Shown piece after piece: positions 33,135 through 42,730 of a stretch of 42,730 bases of DNA (its first letter is position 1; every line of letters begins with the position of its first letter). The position numbers were made by a program, and so were the translations under genes. The stretch is from NCBI GenBank assembly GCA_003614675.1, contig ML002315.1:1-42730 (forward strand), in the 5' to 3' direction. The DNA is from Dimargaris cristalligena. Taxonomy: Eukaryota. Under the pieces are notes generated by a model, which saw nothing but the letters and a program-made list of their open reading frames with translations, made no database searches and was not told the origin of the DNA.

Positions 33135-33827
33135 TTATTCTAGATCTTTGGGGAAGATAAAGTCCGGGAAGAATTTGCGAATTTCGTGCCGGGCGTTGGC
33201 TGGTGAATCGGAGCCATGGAACGAATTGCGAGTATCGGTGAGGCCGAATTCGGCTCGAAGGGTATGGGGTTGGCGAATCCGGGCTCTACTCAAAGTAATT
33301 TTTAAACAAACATGAGAAATGGTCCAGATATTGTATGGGATATTAGAAACCTCTCGTAGCATATGTATCATTAATATAGTTATTTACAAGTATAATCTTT
33401 ATAGGTGGTCAACATATATTATACAAGTTACCCCTTTCTCTCACTTTGGCCAAAGGCCCCATGTGGCTATTAGGTATATTCTATACGTAGTGAATCTCAG
33501 GTACCCTCCTCATTGCATGACTCACCTAATGGGATGGGTAGGTCCAATCAGTGCCCGCCAGTCCCGAATCACCTCGGGACCCTCGAGGACCAGGGCCTGA
33601 AAAGGACCGCTTAGCATGTAATCGCATAGCCGCTGGTAGAAGAATTTGCCGTGGTGCTCGGCGTAGAAATCGGCGGCCTGTTCGGGGGACCACTGCACTA
33701 TCGTTGCCTGGCGAATGCGCATGTGCGATTGGGCTCGAATGCGGGCTAGGGCCAGGTCGAGGAAGACCGGATTGGCGAATATGTCGGGCTTGAGTAGGCC
33801 GAGGGTGAGCTGAAGGGGTTTAGACAT
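33135..33827 (-). CDS. NME6: Nucleoside diphosphate kinase, group II NME6-like, ~150 aa; exons 33827-33526, 33285-33135
   Basis: LQLTLGLLKPD, FYAEHHGKFFYQRL, WRALIGPT, FGLTDTRNSFHGSDS with the catalytic His. Intron 33525-33286 (GTGAGT..TAG, phase 2) gives HPIRARIRQP. Confidence 0.88.
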
Positions 33828-35239
33828 GTTGCTGGCCAATTAGAACAAGGCGGCAAAAAGAGAAAGTAGGGCTATGCAACCGCAAATGCCGGGGTGGCTT
33901 CCGAGACAAGCTATAGATATGCCCTGCATTGTCTGAACTAGTTTGAGTTTGGTAGTTAGTTGAGGTGGAGGTTTTTACTGGTTTCCCAAATCGGGCGGGG
34001 AAAATCAATGAGGATGCCTATACATTTTTTAATTAGCCAATAGACCGCTCCTCTATACACAAAGTGGCACATACACATATCTTCGTCGGATTATCCCCCG
34101 GCTTGAAATCCTATGAATATCCCAGAATAGAAACTAGTGGGTAACGTCGTTTTGAACAGCCTGGGATATTTTCCACATTATAGTATTAATCATTCGGTAA
34201 GTTATAGTGATATAATAGGGAGGCGACTACTAGGATAGCAACCAACCGTACTCCTCTGCCAGATTAAGTGGTTGTGGCAGTGGCTAGGGTCAGCGGGATC
34301 CCCCACTTTCCTCCGCTACTTTACCAAAGTTGATGGTATAATTAGATATAGAATGCACAGGTGAGAGTGCCGTTGAAGTATTATAGGAGTTGATTTTCAC
34401 CTGCTAAATTAGGCGGATGGGTGATGGATGTGATTCCTTGTCCGAGATGTCGTTTGAAACACCATGGTCGGAGTGGCTTTAGAGTCATAGCTGTTACACA
34501 TCCCGACAAAAACTCACACGCCCACCTATGCCGTCTTGATTATGGCGGTTTTTATGGGGTAATCAATAGCGGTATTCTCGGGATTGCAACACATTGCCAT
34601 TCCACTTCTTTTAAAGTTTTCAAAGACCACATACGTGCTAAACGCCGCTTTATTGTTTTGGGTCCCGTATGGATCTATGTCATGTTTATAAAATGGGATC
34701 TTGAAAGGGGGGCTAAAGACATCGGTTAGTTTGGTGCCTACCAATCTTGGCAACGCCAGAAAGTATCTATGAATGATTTATTGGTCTAACGTATCATCAG
34801 GTATCATTTATATTGCAGTGCCATGCTGTGAACGAATATTTACTATACTTTGCTTCTTAAAAAAATAACCACGGTTGGACCTAACCAGTGGTTTGGCATA
34901 CCGTCCGCAGGTACTACAATCATGATCAAGCCACAAAACAGAATCCATACGTACGACAGCCCAACCATCCTTACTTCCCCATTGTTTGACAAAATCCCTC
35001 CGAGGGGAAATAGGGGAGAAGTTCCGGATACTTGGTTTAGCCAATTGGGTACTTAAATGAGGCGTCCTGTCGCCTTTATTTACATTTATCGCCCTGCTCT
35101 AGAAGTACTCTCTCGATGAACTACTATTGCATATCTTTTTATCCCCGTCAACCACCCTCCCCTCTTGGAAACCCCCCTTTTTCTGCGGGCATTAAGTTTG
35201 ATATTAACCACCCTTTGGAAAGGTCGCTGTCTTTTTAGT

Positions 35240-36798
35240 ATGATATTTTCGTGGATATCAGTCGCATTGGTCAGCATCTACATAGTGGGCCTCGAAGTAC
35301 ACGGTGTTCTCACCAACCTGCCTGCCGAAATCCAAAATGAGGTTTTGTCTCATCTTAATGGCAATGAGAAGAGCCCATTACTCAAAATAAATAGTCTACA
35401 GAGCGTAACTTTAGATCATTTAAGACGGACAAAAGTAAGGAACCACTGAATGTTTTGTTATATACAAGCCGCTCTTTGAATCGCCTTTCGGTTATTAAAC
35501 GGACTGGTTTCAGACAAGCCGCTTCAAAACGCTTCAATTGGTATGCAATAGACTAATCAATGTGCGAACATGCCCTATTTTATTATAACTCATATAAAAT
35601 CTAGGAATTCCTCGAGGTTACTGCCATTTACACTGACCAAGCGACCTGGGACCATCTGGCCCACCTTTGGTTCAACGCGTTCCCCCTCGACATGTGGGAT
35701 GCCTCCTTGTCCACTCTAGATATCTCAATGGCCCGCTTCGTTCAAGAACACGCTCATGACAGCCCGCCAAAGGTTCGTCATTTTGCGAAATGCGACAGTC
35801 GAAACCCCGCCTATCAGTTCATGTTGGCCAACCACCACCACGTCATGATCAAAGCCAACCACCGCCTGGAGCTCCGCCTAAGCCAGTTGAGTCCGGCGGA
35901 CTTTGCCAGCCACTTTCCCTTTGTGGCGAACGCGGACTTGAATTCTCTGAAACGGTTAGCCGAGCAGTTTAGTTTTTCCAAAGGGTACTGGGGCTCAACC
36001 ACCCATCTTACCAACCCGGAGTGGGTCCAGTCGAACCTAGTGACGTACTCCACCAAAGTGGTGGACACGGCCAATGCCCGCGTGGCCCGACGGGCTATGC
36101 TTACCCTGGTTTGGTACATTTACCGGCAGGGACGGGTCGAGGAGCTGTACCACTTCTTAAAAGGTAACGCCGATTATGCTCAGACCTACCCGAGCGCGTA
36201 CGGGTACCGACTGATCCGCCTGAAGGGCTGGATCCCCAACTGGGCCCGCTTTCTCATTATCTTAGCGGCCCTGCAAAATGACGTCGCTACCGTTCGAGCT
36301 ACCCGGGCTATCCTGGACGTCCATGATCAGCTAATTAGAGAGATCAATCCGTTCCGGTACCAACTGCCCCGCTTTATGGCCTGCCTCCAGCAACGCGGCT
36401 TAACCACCGCATTCCAAAATCTAAGGGTCATATGGCCCCAGATCACGTACCCTATTAACCCGCGACCTTCCGAATGTGACTACCTATTGGTGGACACCCC
36501 CACTGCCATGTTATCCAATGATGGCGAGTTGACTCTACTGGTCCCGAGCGCTGGTCTCAAATTAGTCGATACACCGCCTTCGGATGCACTATTTAAACGC
36601 GTGGTCCGAAATCTGGAGTATCCGAGCAGTGAACTCTATCCCGTGCTCAAGGACTGCCTAGCACCAGTGTTTGGTCAGATATTGCCTCTGGACCCGTATG
36701 CTGCTCCCGCGGTAAACACAGAGGGAAACCCAAAGCCCGAGTTGTCATTGCCTGAAACGCCGGCCCGGATTTCCCTGAAGAGCCTTCCTAAATACTAG
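35240..36798 (+). CDS. Secreted protein with N-terminal F-box-like motif, ~462 aa; exons 35240-35434, 35605-36798
   Basis: Signal-peptide-like MIFSWISVALVSIYIVGLEVHG, then LTNLPAEIQNEVLSHL. Intron 35435-35604 (GTAAGG..TAG, phase 0) joins it in frame to the 368-aa ORF (1389 nt total). The remainder is unrecognised. Confidence 0.75.
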
Positions 36799-37025
36799 TC
36801 ACGCTGTCTTTTCCGGCTGTTTTAAGCAACGGTGCTGATGCACTGAATACCATCCTTATGACTTACTTAATAGTTTGATTTATTAATAATGTTACCACTT
36901 TTGAAATACACCGGATACTGTCGATGTGTATCCAACAAATAAAGGAAATAATAAGCAAGTCCCCCAAACAATTGGTGTTTCGGCATGAGATTCATATCTA
37001 TCATTATTCTCTTCCCGCAACAGGT

Positions 37026-39161
37026 TTAATCTTGAAAGAAATTGCACCCGAGTAATTCCGGTGGGAGGTAGTCCTGCTGCACCGGTCCCTCATAATCAGG
37101 GTTATATTTATAGTCCTTGGCATACCCCAAATCAGCCATCAACCGCGTGGGGGCATTCCTCAAGTGCAGTGGCACTTGCTGGGTCTGGCCCTCAGAAGCA
37201 ATGGCTTCCTTTACCCGTTTATAAGCCGCGTAGACCTCGACACTCTTTGGGGCGCGGGCCAAATACACGGCCACTTCGGCCAGCACGGTATCGCATTCGG
37301 GCATACCGATAAATTGGGCGGACTGATAGGCCGCTACGGCGATCGGTAGGGCCTGGGGATCGGCCAAGCCCACGTCTTCGGAAGCAATACGAATCATCCG
37401 GCGGGCTACGTAGAGGGGGTCTTCACCGCCCACGAGCATGCGGCCGAGCCAGTATAGGGTCGCGTTGGCGTCGCTGCCCCGGATACTCTTGTGGAAGGCC
37501 GAGATGATGTTGTAGTGTTCGTCGCCGTCCCGGTCGTAGAAGAGGTGAGTGCGCTGAAGGGCGTTTTTCACATCCTGGACGGTCAACTCCGGTCCCGTTT
37601 GGATATCCAGGGCCATGTCGAGGGTATTGATGGCAGTCCGGGCTGATGGTTTGGTATAGTACATTAGGGTTGGTAACAGCGACGACATTAATTACAGGAA
37701 CGTCGAATGGGTAATGTGATGTACTTTGTAACCAATCTAAAAATAGTTATAATCGGTCAGTCGGTTCATAAATAAAATAATAAACCCCGGTTCATCAGCC
37801 AACACCGAATTGATACTATTGGGTGTGCAGTAAGGTTGTTTGGACAGCGAATACTTACCGTCGCCGTTGCTTAGTTGGGCGATACAGTTTAAAGTCTCTT
37901 GGGGAGGTGGCACGTGACTCGTCCCGCCTTCCTTTAGCGCGGCTGCGCGCTTTAATATATTGATCATCACTTCGGGACATATTTCCTTGAGGACCAATAC
38001 TCGAGTCCGACTAAGGAGCGCATTATTGACCTTGAAGGAGGGGTTTTCCGTTGTTGCGCCAATCAGCGTCACGGTCCCCCGTTCCACAAACGGCAGGAAA
38101 AAGTCCTGCTGGGCCTTATTAAACCGGTGAATTTCGTCAATGAATAACACAATGGGCCGGCGAGTGTATTTGGTGGTTTGCTGGGCCTCCTCGAGTATTT
38201 TCTTCACGTCCGCGAGTCCCTGGCTGACGGCGGAGAGTTCACGGAAATAGGCCTGCACGGACCGGGCCATGATGCGGGCCAAGGTGGTTTTCCCTGTACC
38301 AGGGGGGCCCCATAGAATCAGAGAGGGTATCCGGCCCCGTTGGGTAATGAGCGTGCGTAGAATACCCTGGGGTCCCACTAACTCATCTTGGCCGTAGATT
38401 TCGTCCAGCGTTTGGGGCCGCATCAGTTCCGCCAGGGGCGCCTGGCTACTACCATTGCTCTTGGCTCGCGCTAAACTCGGTTGATGGGGTCCCGTGGCCA
38501 TTGATCCGCCCGCACCCATTGGTTTCACGGCGACAGTCGGAGTAGGAACGCCCGGGGATTTAGGTGCCAAGGGAAGGGGGGAGGTGGGTAGAGGGGGCTT
38601 TTGGTAAGGACTAGGCGGGGTTGGCGTTGACGTTGACGTCGACGGACTGCCTTCCATAGTGAAGCTGGGCTGGCGGAGTAGGGGACTTAACCATACGGGA
38701 CGCTGAGGGGTGGTGGTTGGCGTTGGGGTAGTCGGTACTTCAACCTGTCGGGGCCGTTTCCGAAGCGGGGACGATAGGTCGTTAGGGGTTTGACTGACAT
38801 GGTGGTTGGGCGAATGCAACGGTTCGGCGGAAGGGGCGGTCGAGGCTCGGGTAAGCTTATGAGTTGAACAGCCCGAATCCAGGTGGTTGTTAATGAACAA
38901 CTCGTAGACCTCCGTCTGACAGCAGGGGCACTGTACCACTATATGTCGGGGTTGGAAAAAAAATAGTATACCAAAGACAGGGTGGAATCGAACGAACGGA
39001 GTGAGGGGCTCTGGTCACAATGGGGTTTTTGAGAAAGTAACTAATGTCACCAGGGAATGCGTGCGTCCCTTGTCTAAGTACACTATAGTGCCAAACCTGT
39101 ACCGGGAAACCCCCTTTAAGTAATAAGAAACAGACGTACCTTTGTTCCCGGTAGCACTCAT
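37026..39161 (-). CDS. MGS1: Mgs1/WRNIP1 DNA-dependent AAA+ ATPase with UBZ4 zinc finger, ~572 aa; exons 39161-39140, 38938-37859, 37642-37026
   Basis: VQCPCC...INNHLDSGC (UBZ4), PLAELMRP, GPPGTGKTT, FIDEIHRFNKAQQD, GATTENPSF, HYNIISAFHKSIRGSD, VPLHLRNAPT. Introns 39139-38939 (GTACGT..TAG) and 37858-37643 (GTAAGT..CAG) give one continuous frame of 1719 nt. The 22-nt first exon (MSATGNK) is absent from the ORF track. Confidence 0.95.
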
Positions 39162-40137
39162 GGCTCGAATGTTGTGACGACTTTAATAGGAGATATAGAA
39201 AGTAAGTGAGTTGGCGAGTAGAGGAGGCTGAAGGGTTAAGTGTGATAAGGGAGAGGTCGTGTCTGGGTATACACGAGCAGCTATTGGACACCTTGGGGCA
39301 CCAGTAAAAATGCCCCGTAAGTGGTCAATTACGTTGCAAAAAAAATAAAGATACATGAAGCAAAGCACTTGAGGACTGTGTGGAATCAATATCGTTGCAA
39401 TGCAGCAAGCTTCGATGCAGTAATGAGTACAATTGAGGTAAAGACGCCATCAACTTTGGCAATGATTTAATATGGGCAGAATATAGCGAGTAGAGCTGCC
39501 TTGGTATATCGGTAGGTTTAGATGCGATCGGTAAATCTGGGATGCCCTTGTGAATAAATGGGTATCGTCACTCTATTAGATGGATCGCTTAAATACTGAA
39601 ATGGGGGCCATACCTGGTGTTATGGCTGAGGAGAAGTAGGCCTTGCCGTAAAACGAGCAAGTCAACACCCTAACCTTACCTAATCCGGGATCTCACGCCA
39701 CACGCAACAGCAGACGATTGCTAATCACTAAAAATGTGCCAAAAATAGGGGACATCATGTGTGTGGTTACAACATCCAGAAATAAAAAAAAGTATCCCGC
39801 AGAAACCTCCTGTTGCGGAGCCTTTCCGGCAAAGGAATGTCCATCTTTACAGGTACGCGTGACCGCCAGTGGGGTGGCGCCTCTGTGGATTTATTAAACA
39901 GACTGAGGTCATAACCATGATGTAAAACTAAGGGGGGAAGGCGGGAATAGAAAATAAATGGGGTGAATATAATCATATCAAATAGATTACATATTTCTAT
40001 TTCAAGGGCCCATTGGCGAGTCAACGGAAGTGCCATTGTTAAAGATATACTATTCTAAATATTAAGTCGAGAAGTGGAGGTGTGGCTGGGTTTCGTTGAG
40101 GCTGTCACCCAAAGTCGCCATAACCAACCGGGGGCAC

Positions 40138-41604
40138 TCACTCCATATCCTCAGAGTGTTTAACGCGAGGGGATGCATAGTCGCCAGACACACCAAAGAC
40201 TTCGTCCATTTCCTCAAGTGACTTTCCTTTAGTCTCAGGGAAGAAGAAGTAGACGATCCCGATGGATACTACCGCCAAGGCCGCGAAAATGATGTAAAGA
40301 CCCCAGGTGATTTTCTCCAGCAGGATCGGCGCGACTTGGCCCAGGGCGAAGTTGAATAGCCAGTTGGCGGCGGTGGAAATGGAAGTAGCCTTGGCCCGCA
40401 CATGGAGGGGGAAGATCTCGGAGGGATAAATCCACCCGATCGGGCCCCAGGAAAAGGCAAAGCCGGCAACGAAAACGTAGACAAATACGATGGTAGCAAA
40501 ACTAGCAGCCTTGTTGGCCATGACCACTGACACCGAACCGTCGGGGTCAATAACTTTGGTGCCCTTGGTCGCAATGATACACCCAATGATGAGATAGGCG
40601 ATGCCCATAATAGTGGATCCCGACAGGAGCGTCTTGCGGCGGCCCCAACGATCAACGTAGAGAATGGCGGGAATGGTGGCCAGGATATTGACGCACCCAT
40701 TGATACCTGTAGCCAATAAGGAGGCCGAGGTACCGCTGAGACCAGCCTGCTGGAAGATGGTAGGGGCGTAGTACATAATCACGTTGATACCGGTTAACTG
40801 CTGTAGAATCTGAATAACCACGCCCAGCACAAGTCGACGACGAATGGGTCGCCGCAGAAGTTGACTGTAGCTGCGAACGGAGTGTTCCCGCTCGAAATTG
40901 ATTTCTTCCTTGATATGATTGAACTCCTCCATCACTTGGGGGGCGGTGGGGTCACCGTTGGACCGCAGGCGGGCCAACACGCGGATGGCTTCCTCATCCC
41001 TGTCGTGGTCGAGGAGCCACCGCGGGGAGAACGGCATGAACAGGATGCCAATGATGAGGAGGGTGGCCGGTATGATTTGGATACCAAAGGGGATTCGCCA
41101 GGTCGCGGTAGTGTCGGGTCCGAGTTTCTCGCAGCCGTAATCGATCCAAAAGGACACTGCGATACCAATGGTGATGGCTAGCTGTTGGAGGGAAACCAGA
41201 CGACCTCGGATATCGGTGGGAGCAATTTCGGACTGGAATACCGGAACACACATGCTGAGAATACCGACCCCGAGTCCGGCTATGATCCGGCCGGCGATCA
41301 GCATACCCACCCCCGTGGCGGTGGTCTGCAGAACGGCGCCAACAATGAAAACGACCGAGCCGAGTACGATGCTGAATTTTCGGCCGATACGGTCGGCCAG
41401 ATAACCGGAGCCCAAGGAACCAATAAAGCAGCCCAAGGTCAGCATGGACACGATAGTGCCCCGCATGGTGGCGTCGGGGTTGCTGTAGAAGGCCTTGAAG
41501 TTGGGCATATCGAGGGTGCCGGAGATCACCCCCGTGTCGTAGCCGAACAAAAAGCCGCCGATGGCGGCGATACTGGCGGCCAGATAAACCTGGGCACTCC
41601 CCAT
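40138..41604 (-). CDS. MFS sugar porter (hexose transporter family), 488 aa
   Basis: GGFLFGYDTGVISG, DRIGRK, SEIAP..IRGRL, PFSPRWL, QQLTGINVIMYYAP, DRWGRR, SWGPIGWIYPSEIFP, PETKG. First ATG at 41604. Confidence 0.96.
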   Translation of the reverse strand: MGSAQVYLAASIAAIGGFLFGYDTGVISGTLDMPNFKAFYSNPDATMRGTIVSMLTLGCFIGSLGSGYLADRIGRKFSIVLGSVVFIVGAVLQTTATGVGMLIAGRIIAGLGVGILSMCVPVFQSEIAPTDIRGRLVSLQQLAITIGIAVSFWIDYGCEKLGPDTTATWRIPFGIQIIPATLLIIGILFMPFSPRWLLDHDRDEEAIRVLARLRSNGDPTAPQVMEEFNHIKEEINFEREHSVRSYSQLLRRPIRRRLVLGVVIQILQQLTGINVIMYYAPTIFQQAGLSGTSASLLATGINGCVNILATIPAILYVDRWGRRKTLLSGSTIMGIAYLIIGCIIATKGTKVIDPDGSVSVVMANKAASFATIVFVYVFVAGFAFSWGPIGWIYPSEIFPLHVRAKATSISTAANWLFNFALGQVAPILLEKITWGLYIIFAALAVVSIGIVYFFFPETKGKSLEEMDEVFGVSGDYASPRVKHSEDME

Positions 41605-41750
41605 GGTGAGATATATACAGAGAAAATGCGTGAAGTGGGGAGGAAGTGAGAAGGGGTCGCGGACACTGGAGGTAACAAGAGAAGTGAAAATTAAGTTGAG
41701 AAGAACCAAGACAACAGTATCGAACGGGATGACTCAGGGCCACACACCGG

Positions 41751-41758
41751 TATTTATA
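41751..41758 (-). promoter_or_regulatory. TATA box (TATAAATA) of the sugar porter gene
   Basis: The reverse complement of TATTTATA lies about 150 nt upstream of ATG 41604. Confidence 0.55.
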
Positions 41759-42601
41759 TTGAAGGCTAACGCATATAGCCAGGGGGAATAGTCAAGGAGG
41801 GGGGGGTAGGGCAGTGGGAGTCCTCGACCAGTCGCGGGGGAGGCTTTACCAGACTCACGCAAATTACTGATCTCTGTGGAGTCGGGTCGCGAGGGCCTAG
41901 CGGTGCATACATGCAGTCACGGGCCAAATGGCCTCACATATCACGCCTAGGCGCTCAGCGTAATGGTGGCGGTGGCGGCTTGTCCATCTTGCAATATGCC
42001 CCTCCGCACCACTCGGCCCGCCGGAATCAGCCGACGGGTGTCTTGATGTCTTATTACCACCCGGTTAGTCTCCAGTTAAGCTCTTCGACCCCGTCAAAGT
42101 TGCCTGGATTACTTGAAGAAACGCCAACTCGTAAACAAACCATGTGAGAGTCCGAACCCCTTTGTATCCGTTCTTTTAAAATAAAGGATTTTGAAATGAT
42201 GCACCACCAATGCCAGAGCCCCGTGGTCCCAATGCCTTCCTTTCAGCACGCCATACAGCGTGAAGCCGTGGACACCTGTCTCTAAATCGGCTTACTATTT
42301 CACCCACATAACGGGAAAAGTGGCGAAATACGGGAATATATATTTGAAAATACTCTAACTGTGTACACTAGGGCCATTTTTACTACCATTTTGGGCGTGC
42401 TAAGGTCATTTTTATCCCGAGCCACTTTTCCCCCGCCCCCACGCCTTGCTTCCAATGACCCGGGAGATAAGCTAATGGCTGTAGTTTAGACCAGGTTGGG
42501 CCCCACCATGCTTCAGCACTATCGATGGGCAGAGACATGGTTGAATTTTTTTCCGATTAAAACCTGCCACTTGATCCCATGGATGGATGGACAATCGAAT
42601 A

Positions 42602-42730
42602 GAAATAGATACCATAATTATTGCTAAATACGTTAGAATAGCAGCCAAGTTATGCCTACAATCAGTGGGCTTGAAATGGGTGAAATTCGGCCCAGCTATA
42701 TAAGGGTTTACATTATACGTGTATGGGAAA
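42602..42730 (+). repeat. Copy B of the diverged TATA-containing element (runs to the window edge)
   Basis: Same alignment as copy A (259-384), same orientation. Confidence 0.7.

Noticed and set aside
34808-35044. Minus-strand KQWGSKDGWAVV, reminiscent of the N-terminus of ketoacyl-reductase SDRs
   Set aside because: No intact TGxxxGxG or downstream SDR motifs were found; more simply the divergent promoter between NME6 and the F-box-like gene.

Overview
Eukaryotic genomic DNA with GT-AG introns of about 170-340 nt, GC3-rich coding regions and AT- or pyrimidine-rich UTRs. The gene content is fungal. An NME6-type NDP kinase and the secreted orphan genes suggest an early-diverging lineage such as Zoopagomycota, possibly a Dimargaritales-like mycoparasite; this taxonomy is inference only. 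Eleven protein genes can be modelled. They are kinesin-1 heavy chain (3 exons), a GRAM+VASt (Lam/Ltc/Aster) sterol-transfer protein, a ~2,870-aa RasGAP-like/VPS9-like/Sel1-like gene broken by a +1 frame change near 19,587-19,675, a secreted stand-alone I9 protease-inhibitor-like protein, an Mgr3-like mitochondrial TPR protein, ubiquitin-RPL40, a multi-Myb protein with an apparent mitochondrial presequence, an NME6-like NDPK, a signal-peptide + F-box-like protein, Mgs1/WRNIP1 (3 exons) and a sugar porter. The main leads are the secreted F-box-like candidate effector, the apparently mitochondria-targeted multi-Myb protein, a structured GC-rich 533-nt 5'-UTR intron in RPL40, the +1 frame junction, and a diverged TATA-containing element at both window ends, whose left copy precedes a possibly decayed small secreted gene. 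No rRNA, tRNA, CRISPR or transposon coding sequence was recognised.
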